Notes: generated by a model from the sequence alone, not told the origin. Shown: positions 27,474-36,386, counted from the stretch's first letter. The stretch: 45,899 nt of DNA from a virus (IMGVR_UViG_3300005323_000062:1-45899), one strand, 5' to 3'. A program made the numbers and translations.

Positions 27474-27864
27474 TTGTCGGTTTCATAAGCGTTTCTCTAA
27501 CCCGAATGGGTCTAATGGCGGGTGTTTTTTGCTTCCTCATGTTGCAGAAGGTTGGGATAATCAAGTCTTGTATGCTTGTGGTGATTCGCCCGAAGGGGCT
27601 TTAATAAGGTTTAAAGAAGGCAAACAAGAAGAAACGAGTAGTAGTAGTTGGGGTGGTTCTAGTTTTATTCTTTGTGCTGTTGTAAAAGGTAGGCTGGGTT
27701 TTTCGTCTGACGAGCCTTTGCCTCTTGTTTTGCAAGTGTTACCTGACACGATTACTGTTGCTGAGTTAGCGGTTGTCATGGAAGCTAATAAAGAGTCTCG
27801 TTTGCAGACTCGACCGTTTTTGATTATTAATAAGAATAACATTAAACCGGAATGGTGGTTGTGA
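27466..27864 (+). CDS. NCRF-tag family protein 1 (MANCRFHKR)
   Basis: GTG start after GGTGGA; shared N-terminal motif. Confidence 0.8.
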   Translation: MANCRFHKRFSNPNGSNGGCFLLPHVAEGWDNQVLYACGDSPEGALIRFKEGKQEETSSSSWGGSSFILCAVVKGRLGFSSDEPLPLVLQVLPDTITVAELAVVMEANKESRLQTRPFLIINKNNIKPEWWL

Positions 27865-28166
27865 ATGCCTGTATGCGTGGATAGGTTGTGGGTTTTGATG
27901 GGTGCGTCGCAATACTCGCGTAATCGGTCAAGGGAACGCCGTTTGGGTATGCACAAAGAGAATGTGCCGCGTGGTCAAGGCGTGGCTCAAAAACGGGGGT
28001 TTGGGAAGTGCCTTTGATTTTTGATGATGGGGAGTTAGTTGGTATTCAAGGATTGCCTCCAACTGAAGATATGGTTTTGACTGCGGTTAATCCTATGAAT
28101 AGTAAGAATCCAGTAGTAGTCTTGCCTAATCTTAAAGTTAAGAAGTTAAAGAAAGGGTGATTGGGT

Positions 28167-28421
28167 ATGGGTAGAGTGTTTAGCGTGTTCGCGCTAGTAG
28201 TGCTAGCGTTGAGTGTTGGCGTTAATGCTCTTAGCGTGTTTGAGTTTAAGGACGCTATGTGGAAGCAGACGGCTAAAGCGTTGAAGTTTAGTCCTAGTTC
28301 GGCTAAGTATTTGGCTGTTTGTTATACTACTTTCAATGGGCAACTGGTAAGTTATAATTGTTTTACTCGTTACCCATTCATTGAGGCTAAGCCTAGTAGT
28401 ATTGGGGCTTTGATTAAGTAG
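28167..28421 (+). CDS. Small protein with signal peptide
   Basis: MGRVFSVFALVVLALSVGVNA-; GGGTGA RBS. Confidence 0.65.
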   Translation: MGRVFSVFALVVLALSVGVNALSVFEFKDAMWKQTAKALKFSPSSAKYLAVCYTTFNGQLVSYNCFTRYPFIEAKPSSIGALIK

Positions 28422-28811
28422 GTTCAGATGCTTATTCTCAGAGGGGAACGTGGCGATGGTGTAAGGTGGTGTGAGGCTTTCGCTCTGTCAAGTAGTTGAA
28501 GAAAGAAGGGTGACTTAAACCTGTGGGAGTTGGGTTGCTTTTTAAAGTATTTGGCGAAGATGGATTGTTAGCGATAGCATTGCGTAGCACGCCCAACAGC
28601 GGTCTTTGCGGCTTAGCCGGTTACGACCAAGTTGGGGTGGTTTCAGTTCGAGTCTGAACGGCGCGTTCTCTTTTGGGGGTTCGTGGTTCTTGGTGGCGCA
28701 ACACCGTGTTGTCAAGAGCTAGTTTATATAATGTATTATGTGATGCGCGTGTATTGGCACACGCGTATTGTTTGGGTGGTGGGTGTAAGCCGCCCAAACC
28801 GCGATTATTGG

Positions 28812-28893
28812 GTTGGTGTAGCAAATTGGATAATGCGAGTGGCTCAAGACCTCTTGCCTTAGGGCTTAGCAGGTTCGATTCCTGCCACCAACA
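28812..28893 (+). tRNA. trnL: tRNA-Leu (anticodon CAA), no encoded CCA
   Basis: Acceptor GTTGGTG/CACCAAC-A; D arm GCA..TGG..TGC; anticodon arm AGTGG-CTCAAGA-CCTCT (one U-U); long variable arm; T arm GCAGG-TTCGATT-CCTGC; TTTATATAA at 28723. Confidence 0.9.
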
Positions 28894-28908
28894 TTAAAGG
28901 TGTTTTGA

Positions 28909-29280
28909 GTGGGGAATTGTCGGTTTAGGGTTAGGAAGATTCCCGACTTTGAGGTTTATAGGGTGTTTAATGACGTGGGTGGAAGATATCATGACCCCTA
29001 TATTACTAGTAGTGATTATGCACAATCCATACTTAATGCCTTATATGAGTATCAACGCGATAATCCAAATAGGCATTATTGTATTGGTGTCGTGATGAAA
29101 GCTACTCATACAGGTAGTTCGGGAACTTGGGATGTTACTTATCGGGTAGTTCCTGCTAGTGTGTCGGCTGAATACTTAGAAGCGATACCGCACGAAGCGT
29201 CTTATAATGGTCATAGTCCTTTTGTGGTTTTGAATCGGGATTTGTTGTTGGATAGGTGGCGGGTAAAGAAAGATGGCTAA
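28909..29280 (+). CDS. NCRF-tag family protein 2 (MGNCRFRVR)
   Basis: AGGTG RBS; paralog of the next gene. Confidence 0.8.
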   Translation: MGNCRFRVRKIPDFEVYRVFNDVGGRYHDPYITSSDYAQSILNALYEYQRDNPNRHYCIGVVMKATHTGSSGTWDVTYRVVPASVSAEYLEAIPHEASYNGHSPFVVLNRDLLLDRWRVKKDG

Positions 29281-29638
29281 CTGTCGGTTTAGGGTTAGAA
29301 AAGTTGATTCTCTTACGGCGGGTGTTATTCATTTGCCTGCGGGAATAGCCCTTGACCCTTATTATCGGGGTTTTCAATCTGCGGAGTCAATGAAAAACGC
29401 GCTGAGTCGTTTTATTTCAGAGTTTCCAGATATGAAATTTGCTATGAGTGTTGTTCTTAACGTTAGCATTATTCGTGGTTTGTATGATATGAAGGTGCGG
29501 TTGGTTCCTGCAACTTTGTCGGTTGATGAAATTCAAGCTATGCTAGTTCCTTTTGATGAGAATACTTATCATTTTGTGATTATTAATATGGATTTGGTTA
29601 CTGACGCTATGCGAGTGAGTGAAAATGAGCAATTGTAG
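29273..29638 (+). CDS. NCRF-tag family protein 3 (MANCRFRVR)
   Basis: Shares DPY...S..NAL...R.VPA..S...F.V.N.DL with 28909. Confidence 0.8.
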   Translation: MANCRFRVRKVDSLTAGVIHLPAGIALDPYYRGFQSAESMKNALSRFISEFPDMKFAMSVVLNVSIIRGLYDMKVRLVPATLSVDEIQAMLVPFDENTYHFVIINMDLVTDAMRVSENEQL

Positions 29639-29945
29639 ATTTCATAAGCGCGATGTCTTTAAGGGGTTGTGCGACCCTTATGGTTTGATTTCTCAAGCAC
29701 CTAAAATTATAGTTTTGGGGGAATTCACTATTAGTAGGGTGTCAGATTCATATTTAGAAGCGCGTGAAACAGTAGAAAAGTATGCGATTGCTATGCCTAT
29801 TCGGGATAGTTATCACCCATATTATATTTATGTCGAGAATGGTGTTAATTCTCTTAAGTTGGTTACGACTGAGGAAGACGTTAAAGCCAAAAGAGTTTTT
29901 TATATAGTAATGATTCGTAGGTCGTGGTTTGGTTTTAGGAATTAA
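29625..29945 (+). CDS. NCRF-tag family protein 4 (MSNCRFHKR)
   Basis: Start moved to ATG 29625; paralog of the next gene. Confidence 0.8.
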   Translation: MSNCRFHKRDVFKGLCDPYGLISQAPKIIVLGEFTISRVSDSYLEARETVEKYAIAMPIRDSYHPYYIYVENGVNSLKLVTTEEDVKAKRVFYIVMIRRSWFGFRN

Positions 29946-29971
29946 TGATTTTCGTGTGGAAGTGGGCTAGA

Positions 29972-30316
29972 ATGGCTAACTGTAGATTTCATAAGCGGGA
30001 TGTTCTTTCTTTAGGGTTGCTAACTTGTAAAAGTAAGATTGGAAGAACGCTTTCTCCTCCAAGCACTCTTTCTTTCGATTTTGCAGAATCAAAAATAGAA
30101 GGTAGTTTTTCTAGGTATGTTGAAGCGGTAAATCGGCAAGCTGAATTAACTAAACGTTTTCCTCCAGAAAAAGCCTATAACCCCTATTTTATATATACGG
30201 AAGAAGCGGGCAACCCCATTTCATTTAGGTTAGTTACTACTACTAGTCAAATCCTTAAAAGGAAGTGTTTCGTGTTGATAGAATTAAACCAAAGTTATTG
30301 CAAGGAGGTGGGCTAA
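29972..30316 (+). CDS. NCRF-tag family protein 5 (MANCRFHKR)
   Basis: Start moved to ATG 29972; shares Y.EA, Y.PY.IY.E and LVTT with 29625. Confidence 0.8.
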   Translation: MANCRFHKRDVLSLGLLTCKSKIGRTLSPPSTLSFDFAESKIEGSFSRYVEAVNRQAELTKRFPPEKAYNPYFIYTEEAGNPISFRLVTTTSQILKRKCFVLIELNQSYCKEVG

Positions 30317-30318
30317 AA

Positions 30319-30624
30319 ATGCCTGCGAGAAAAACTAAGAAGAAAACTAGCAAAGCGAGTGGCGTAGAACGCATACCGAAGGATGTCCTGTCTGTAAAGA
30401 TGGGGACAGATGATAAGACGGTTCGTTTCAAGCTGTTCGCCAACCCGTCAGGTGACGGAGTAGATTTGAGGGCAGTCAATCGTTTTGGTGAGCCGAGGGA
30501 AAAGAGCCTCTTGCTTACAATACACAAGACGGGACTGATGGAACGCCACGCCAATGTCAGCGACAAACTGCACTTGAAGAAGAACAGGTATGGACAACTC
30601 TTGCAAAAGAAGTTCCGCGCCTAA
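30319..30624 (+). CDS. Basic small protein (paralog of 34814-35074)
   Basis: GGAGGTG RBS; MPARKTKKK...; followed by hairpin and T-rich tract (30647-30680). Confidence 0.75.
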   Translation: MPARKTKKKTSKASGVERIPKDVLSVKMGTDDKTVRFKLFANPSGDGVDLRAVNRFGEPREKSLLLTIHKTGLMERHANVSDKLHLKKNRYGQLLQKKFRA

Positions 30625-30703
30625 AACAAACCAGCAAAAGAGAATTGGGGGGCTTAATTAACCCCCTTATTCTTTCATTTTAAAACGGAGTTGATGGAGG
30701 AAT

Positions 30704-31987
30704 ATGAAAAGCGAAGTGAGTTTGGGTTGTGACCCAGAGTTTCTGATACTCGCTAAGGGTAGCACTGCGAGTAATGCGACCGTGTTACCAGCAGACCATT
30801 ATTTTAATGGTTCGATGGAAGCGGCGGTTGGTCACGATGGTCATTCTTCGACAGGAGAGTTGCGACCAAAACCAGCGGATTCGGCGGCAGAGTTGGTTGC
30901 TAACATTAGGCCGTTGATTCAAGAAATTTACAAGACGGTGCGTAAAGACGCCAAGTTTGGTTTGGTTTCTGCGGGTAACGGTGTGCGTGACCCGATTGGT
31001 GGTCATATTCACTTTGGTTATGTTGATGAACCAAGCGAATTCACTAAGCAGTGTTTGGATTTGTTCTTTAGCATTCCGTTGGCTTTGATTGAACAAGACC
31101 CGTATAATAAGAAACGCAGAACAGGTGACGGTTATGGTCAGCTTGCTACTACTAACTCTAGCGGCATTCGGATTCAATCTGCTTATGGATTCGAGTATCG
31201 TCCTCCCGCTAGTTGGTTAGTGTCTAAAGATATTGCTCTGTCAGCATTGTCTTTGGCTCACTGGGTTTGCGAACAATCTTATATGAAAGGAAGTCCCGCG
31301 TATAAGGCAATGCAGGTTGGAGTTGGAAAGATTACTGACTGGAATAATCTTAATTCTAAGTTTAAGAACGCGGATAAGACTTACTTGAAGCAAATTTATG
31401 ATTCACACATTAAAGGAGTAATAGACCTAGCACCCGACGAAGTTAAAGCTAACACTAAGACTTTGCGTGGAATGATTGACCGGCGTGAGTCTTGGAATGA
31501 ATGGCAAGACTTATCCGTTGGGTGGGGCTTGTCTTTTAATGGTGCGGTCGAAATTCAACCTTTCAATTTTGCTCACCGCGTCTTTGGCTTGCGTAGCATT
31601 GAAGCGCAGGTTAATACGCCGTTGATGGTTAATGAGGCTTTCAAGCCAATTAACATTGTTGGCGTTAGTGATTCTAATGCTAAGCGAGATGATTATACTG
31701 GCGCGATGTTGGTTTCAAGTAACTTGGCGGCTGGTGGCGAAAAGAGCGACTTGTTTAAGTCTTTCGCGTCATCTTTTGAAGATGCGGATTTGGAAGAAGA
31801 CCCGCTGTTGCCTGAGAACACTATTTCAATCGCCGAACATATCCGATACAATGAAAAGAGCCGCGCTTGTTTGGCTGAGTTCTTGACTAAATATCGTGCT
31901 AGTATGAAGGCGGCAGTAGAATTGAATGGGGCGGGTAAGCCTAAGAAAGTTCGCGCTAGCCGCCATGCGGCTTGTGGTAATGCGTAG
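30704..31987 (+). CDS. phiEco32-like COOH-NH2 ligase (glutamine-synthetase-fold amidoligase)
   Basis: LGCDPEF, GHDG...GELRP, PIGGHIHFG, RR..GYG, YGFEYR..SWL motifs. Confidence 0.85.
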   Translation: MKSEVSLGCDPEFLILAKGSTASNATVLPADHYFNGSMEAAVGHDGHSSTGELRPKPADSAAELVANIRPLIQEIYKTVRKDAKFGLVSAGNGVRDPIGGHIHFGYVDEPSEFTKQCLDLFFSIPLALIEQDPYNKKRRTGDGYGQLATTNSSGIRIQSAYGFEYRPPASWLVSKDIALSALSLAHWVCEQSYMKGSPAYKAMQVGVGKITDWNNLNSKFKNADKTYLKQIYDSHIKGVIDLAPDEVKANTKTLRGMIDRRESWNEWQDLSVGWGLSFNGAVEIQPFNFAHRVFGLRSIEAQVNTPLMVNEAFKPINIVGVSDSNAKRDDYTGAMLVSSNLAAGGEKSDLFKSFASSFEDADLEEDPLLPENTISIAEHIRYNEKSRACLAEFLTKYRASMKAAVELNGAGKPKKVRASRHAACGNA

Positions 31988-32002
31988 AGAGAGTGATTAT
32001 GT

Positions 32003-33364
32003 ATGTGTGGTATAGCTGGTTTGATTAAGTTGAAAGGTTCTACTCTTGACACCAAGACGCAACAACTATTGTTAGAGCGTCTTTTGTATGGCATTGAACC
32101 GCGAGGGGGGCAAGCTAGTGGGATTGGTTGTTACTGGTTTGGTTCTGAACGCAAAAGTCATTGGGCTAAGCAAGCGGCTGGCGCAGAGCGTTTCATTCAA
32201 TCCAAGTTCTTCGTTCAGGCAGCGACTATGGACGCTCACGCGTTCTTCTTGCACTCTAGGTTAGCGACGACGGGTAGTGTTGATAATCTTAATAACAATC
32301 ACCCCGTTCTGACTGAGCATTGTTCTCTGGTTCATAATGGCACTTTTTCTCAATGGAATTATAATAAGACTATGGAACGGGATGGTTTGAAACCAATGGC
32401 TAAAACTGAGGTTGATTCTCAGATTATTGGCTTGATGCACGATAAGTTTAAAGACGCTCGTGAAGCAGTCAAACACTTGGACGGTTCTTTTGCTTATGCT
32501 TTGTTTGATGACCGTTATAACCGCATTCAAATCGTAAAGCACTCTAATCCGGTTGTCGTGGCTTTGATTGAGGAGTTGAAGATAGTCTTATTCGCTAGCA
32601 CTAGGGAAGCTATTGAGTATGCTATTTGCGAGTTTGAATGCAAGTATAACTTCTTTGTTGTTCGTCGTCCTCGTTGGCAAGCGAATTATATTGAAATGAA
32701 GGACGATACGCTGCTTGAGTTTAACTTTACTAAGGACTCTTTCGTGGCGGATTATGTCCAGCCGGATAGTATAAAGAGTTCTCAGTCAGGTGCTTGTAAT
32801 GGCTGGTATGATGCTAATGGAAACTTTCATGCTTATTGGGAAGGCGAGGATGACGAGTTAGGAACACCATATCGCGGTTCTAACAATCAGACGATTCATG
32901 TTAAAAAAAACAGCGAAGATGGGTCTAGCGGAGTTCTTGTAGATAAAGTTATTAGGGTTATAAGGAATAGTGAGTTGCCGCCAAATCGGTTTGAGATTTC
33001 TCGCAACTTGGTTGATGATGAAGCCGGAAACCCGTTTTTAACAATGCTTAATTTGTGTTTCAAACAAGATATTAAGCAGGGCGTGTTGGGTGGGGCTAAA
33101 GGTTTTATCGTCACGCTTGATGATAAGGTTGATAATGTTGTTCGTTGTAATCGTATTTGGATGAAGCGTAAGGATGTTTGTGGGCGTTTCTCTGAAATTA
33201 TGGATACGATGGAAGCGATGATTGGTTTTGAAGATGAGGAAGCTAGAGCTGAAGAAGCTATGACTGAAACGGATATTAGTAAAGCGTTGGACGAAGAAGC
33301 GCAAGCGGCTTTGAGTGCTAGTGCGGATGCTGAAATTATGGAACAACAAGTAACTAATAACTAA
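32003..33364 (+). CDS. Class II (Ntn) glutamine amidotransferase with acidic C-terminal extension
   Basis: MCGIAG, RG..ASG, HSRLAT.G, NNHP, VHNG, EVDS, LDGSFA, FAST. Confidence 0.9.
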   Translation: MCGIAGLIKLKGSTLDTKTQQLLLERLLYGIEPRGGQASGIGCYWFGSERKSHWAKQAAGAERFIQSKFFVQAATMDAHAFFLHSRLATTGSVDNLNNNHPVLTEHCSLVHNGTFSQWNYNKTMERDGLKPMAKTEVDSQIIGLMHDKFKDAREAVKHLDGSFAYALFDDRYNRIQIVKHSNPVVVALIEELKIVLFASTREAIEYAICEFECKYNFFVVRRPRWQANYIEMKDDTLLEFNFTKDSFVADYVQPDSIKSSQSGACNGWYDANGNFHAYWEGEDDELGTPYRGSNNQTIHVKKNSEDGSSGVLVDKVIRVIRNSELPPNRFEISRNLVDDEAGNPFLTMLNLCFKQDIKQGVLGGAKGFIVTLDDKVDNVVRCNRIWMKRKDVCGRFSEIMDTMEAMIGFEDEEARAEEAMTETDISKALDEEAQAALSASADAEIMEQQVTNN

Positions 33365-33374
33365 GGTGTTTTGG

Positions 33375-33767
33375 ATGGGTAATTGTCGTTTTAGAGTTCG
33401 TGCGCTTCCCGTTGGACGAAAGTTTATTATCAAAGTTGATATTAGTAGGCGCATACACATACTAGAACCTGCTTGGATTAGGGGTTATGCTGGAGCGAAT
33501 TACGCTTTGCTTTCTTTAAAAGAAATGCGAGAAAGTGAACCATTCCGCCGTTTTGTTTTGGCTAGAACTTTACGAAAGGACGACCAACCGCCCGATAGCT
33601 TGTTAATAACTTTAGAATTGATAAAAGAGGGCATTACTCCTGAAGTTTTGGAATTTTTGCGAGTTTCAAACGAGTTTAGGCGCGACACTTTTCCGTTTGT
33701 GATTGTTGATTTGGATAAAATTGGTTCTGGTGATTGGTTGGATGAAAAAGCGAGTAAAAAAGTGTAG
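33375..33767 (+). CDS. NCRF-tag family protein 6 (MGNCRFRVR)
   Basis: AGGTG RBS; directly after the amidotransferase. Confidence 0.8.
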   Translation: MGNCRFRVRALPVGRKFIIKVDISRRIHILEPAWIRGYAGANYALLSLKEMRESEPFRRFVLARTLRKDDQPPDSLLITLELIKEGITPEVLEFLRVSNEFRRDTFPFVIVDLDKIGSGDWLDEKASKKV

Positions 33768-34137
33768 GTTTCACCAGAGGGATATTAGTTTTGATAAGCC
33801 TTGGACTTTCGCGCCTAAAAGGATAAATATGGATAATTATATATATACGGCTTATAAACGTAATGTTAGTTCTTCGCGTATTTTGATTGCGGATAGTAAT
33901 ACTCTTGGTAGGTTGAGGTCACGCTTTAAAGATATGGCGGCGTTTTATAAACACGATTGTTTAACTGACAATGACGAAGTTAACGAATATATTTTGATAG
34001 AACCAAAAGATTACGCTACTCAAAAGGGTTGTATTGTAACTTGCCATTGGAGTGAAGAGTTCATTGCTTTGCCGGTTGATTCTATTAAGCGCATACTATC
34101 GGGCGACCCGAAGATAAGGTCTGATTATGATGATTAA
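33742..34137 (+). CDS. NCRF-tag family protein 7 (MKKRVKKCRFHQR)
   Basis: GGTGA RBS before ATG 33742; variant motif. Confidence 0.7.
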   Translation: MKKRVKKCRFHQRDISFDKPWTFAPKRINMDNYIYTAYKRNVSSSRILIADSNTLGRLRSRFKDMAAFYKHDCLTDNDEVNEYILIEPKDYATQKGCIVTCHWSEEFIALPVDSIKRILSGDPKIRSDYDD

Positions 34138-34149
34138 GAGGTGTTTTAA

Positions 34150-34677
34150 GTGGCTTTCAAAGTAAGAAAATTGCCCGTCCCGAAGATGATTAAGTGTTAT
34201 GAAGATATACCTAACGGGTTTAATAGCACTTTCACGGAACGCATTGACACTATGAATGAGCATTTGGATTGGCAGAACTCGGCTACGGGTAATGTTAGGC
34301 GACAATTGTTCTTTTATAGGGCGGTTAGACCTAATTATAGAGCGTCTTTTGATAGTTATAATGAACGAACAGGTAATAGTTCGAGTAGTTCGTTTTTGAA
34401 CGAGTATGAGTTAATGGTTGGTTTTAATAGCCGTGTTGAACCTAATCGTTCTGGGGCTTTGAGTTTGGATTATCCTGTTTGGGCTAAGAAACCGTTTTTG
34501 ATTGTGATGAAGGAAGATATTATCAAAGATAAGAAAAAGAAAGAAGCAACTGCGACTAGCGTTGGGGCTGAAACCGTAACGACAGATGAAGGTATTGTGT
34601 TGTCTATGCCAAGATTTGTTTATGGTGCAGTTACCGACGAGCCGAGCGGTTTTACTGGCACGAGTATCAATAGGTAG
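34150..34677 (+). CDS. Hypothetical protein (starts MAFKVRK, possibly a truncated tag)
   Basis: GAGGTG RBS; KPFLIV segment recalls RPFLII/SPFVVL of tag-family members. Confidence 0.7.
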   Translation: MAFKVRKLPVPKMIKCYEDIPNGFNSTFTERIDTMNEHLDWQNSATGNVRRQLFFYRAVRPNYRASFDSYNERTGNSSSSSFLNEYELMVGFNSRVEPNRSGALSLDYPVWAKKPFLIVMKEDIIKDKKKKEATATSVGAETVTTDEGIVLSMPRFVYGAVTDEPSGFTGTSINR

Positions 34678-34813
34678 GCTATGCCAGACCCAGAAGAACC
34701 TTAAACTGTTACTATCGTGTAGTAGTTTCGGTAGGTATATATTCAATCGTATGCATTATATTCATTGCCCGTTTTTTGGGGTAGTTAAAAAAAACAAAGT
34801 AGGTGAGAACGGA

Positions 34814-35074
34814 ATGGCGAAGAAATTCGGCTTGTCCATATACGGACGGGCTAAGAGTAAGTCGGAAAAGGGGAACACGACTCTCGCCCTCGTTGCGAAC
34901 AGCAAGAGGGGCGGGGTAAGCGTGGTCGCTGTTGACGACAAGGGGGCTATCATGAAGAATGGTTGGCTCGTAACTTTCTGTGGAGATGGTAAGATTTACC
35001 GCCACAAGAAGGTTGACAAGGCACTTGGTTTCGCTCTTAAGAACAAGAGCGCAGTCCTGATGAAGAAACTCTAA
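34814..35074 (+). CDS. Basic small protein (paralog of 30319-30624)
   Basis: AGGTGA RBS, MAKKFGL...; followed by long hairpin 35098-35138. Confidence 0.75.
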   Translation: MAKKFGLSIYGRAKSKSEKGNTTLALVANSKRGGVSVVAVDDKGAIMKNGWLVTFCGDGKIYRHKKVDKALGFALKNKSAVLMKKL

Positions 35075-35172
35075 GGGCTAAGAACTAGTGCTTTTTTGGG
35101 TTGGGGGTAATCTCTCGTTTGAGTGTTATCTCCAACCCCCTAATTCTATTTCTTTATGGTGGGTGTTTTTGT

Positions 35173-35521
35173 AATGGGTAGGCCAGTAAAATTTGTTGGT
35201 TGCCACTTCCCTAATTGTGATGGGAAGCATTATTCTTTGGGTTTGTGTACGAAGCATTATCATAATAGGCGTGGGCGCATTCGTAATGCGGTTGCTTTAG
35301 ATACGTTTATTTTGATTGTTACTCGCTTTCCGGCATTGCCGAAGGGTGTTCGTGAGCCGCGTAAAGATTTGACTGCTTATCAGAGGGTAAAGGGTAATGG
35401 TCATGCGCGTTTGTGTCCAAAGTGTGGCAAGGTAACGCATACTAAGCCGCCCTTTTTGTGTCCTTTATGCACTATGAGGACGCCTTCTCGTGCTAAGCGG
35501 CGGTTGATTGGTAATGAGTAA
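35173..35521 (+). CDS. Zinc-finger protein
   Basis: C.FPNC...GLCTKHY and CPKC...CPLC. Confidence 0.65.
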
Positions 35522-35756
35522 TTGTCGGTTTCATCGCCCCACTTTAACAGAGCGCGTTAAAATATGGTATAAATACTCGTTTATGCTAGACCTAGATTAT
35601 AGGATTTGGTGGTTGCGAGCTTATTATCGCGTAGTTAAAAATGACGCTTCTCATACTGATGCTGCAACGTGGTTTATATTCGGGTGGGTGATAGTAATGG
35701 CTACTTTTATAGGTTTTATGTTAGGTAGTATTTTGGGTAGGCTTGTTGGTGGTTGA
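35514..35756 (+). CDS. NCRF-tag family protein 8 (MSNCRFHRP) with C-terminal TM helix
   Basis: Motif plus WFIFGWVIVMATFIGFMLGSILG. Confidence 0.75.
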   Translation: MSNCRFHRPTLTERVKIWYKYSFMLDLDYRIWWLRAYYRVVKNDASHTDAATWFIFGWVIVMATFIGFMLGSILGRLVGG

Positions 35757-36139
35757 GGTTGCCGTATTCCAGAATAGAAGACCGTAGGGCGGCTGTCACT
35801 AGACATTATCATCGTAACCCGCGAAAGGTTATAGCTTGGAATTTAGCTAGGCGCGGTAAGTATCGCACTCTTGTTCAAGAGTATAAGCGAGCTAAGGGTT
35901 GTGCTAAGTGTGGGTTACGTGAGCCAGTGTGTTTAGACTTTCACCACGTTAGAGGTAAGAAAGAGGCTTTAATTAGTGCGCTTTTAAACAGTGGCTTTGG
36001 CTGGGAACGTATCTACGCCGAGATGGTTAAGTGCGAGATACTCTGTGCTAATTGCCACCGTTTATTACACTGGCGAGCCACGCATCCAGCTTCTCCTTCC
36101 AGTCGCGTGAACGCACGGCGAAGTAGCAGTGCGCGTTGA
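35753..36139 (+). CDS. HNH endonuclease
   Basis: CAKCG...LDFHH...KCEILCANCHR. Confidence 0.85.
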   Translation: MRLPYSRIEDRRAAVTRHYHRNPRKVIAWNLARRGKYRTLVQEYKRAKGCAKCGLREPVCLDFHHVRGKKEALISALLNSGFGWERIYAEMVKCEILCANCHRLLHWRATHPASPSSRVNARRSSSAR

Positions 36140-36350
36140 GGTCTAGGCAGAATTTAGTGAACTCTACCTCTTCACGGGGGTCATACCTCCCGTTTTTGCA
36201 TTGTATTAAAAGGGGGGATTCCCCCTTTTTTATTGCGGCTAAATCGGCTTTCCCGTGGGAGCCAGCCGCTCGGATGACAAACCATCCTTTGCTTTCCAAG
36301 TAGTGTTTTATTTCATATTCGTAGCGGGTTCCTTTTGAATATTTCGTCAT
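36048..36350 (-). CDS. hjc: Archaeal-type Holliday junction resolvase
   Basis: KGTRYEYE...L...GWFVIRAAGS...DL.A......LIQCK (PD-(D/E)xK, Hjc pattern). Confidence 0.85.
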   Translation of the reverse strand: MTKYSKGTRYEYEIKHYLESKGWFVIRAAGSHGKADLAAIKKGESPLLIQCKNGRYDPREEVEFTKFCLDLNAHCYFAVRSRDWKEKLDAWLASVINGGN

Positions 36351-36368
36351 ACTTTTATATTATGAATG

Positions 36369-36386
36369 CGAAGGTATATATACTTG
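36369..36386. promoter_or_regulatory. Probable bidirectional TATA promoter (CGAAGGTATATATACTTG)
   Basis: Palindromic GTATATATAC between divergent hjc and replication operon; 17/18 identical to 40011-40028. Confidence 0.6.

Noticed and set aside
28439-28675. Bona fide tmRNA
   Set aside because: No alanine identity (G3-U70, GGGG start) or ACCA end, and the host appears archaeal; kept only as a tRNA-like element.
28621-28897. Three overlapping 67-76-aa ORFs in the track
   Set aside because: They overlap the tRNA, its TATA box and the hairpin cluster; probably spurious.
35753-36350. HNH plus PD-(D/E)xK nuclease as a restriction or toxin module
   Set aside because: They are convergent, unlinked transcription units; the second matches Hjc and no methylase or antitoxin is adjacent.
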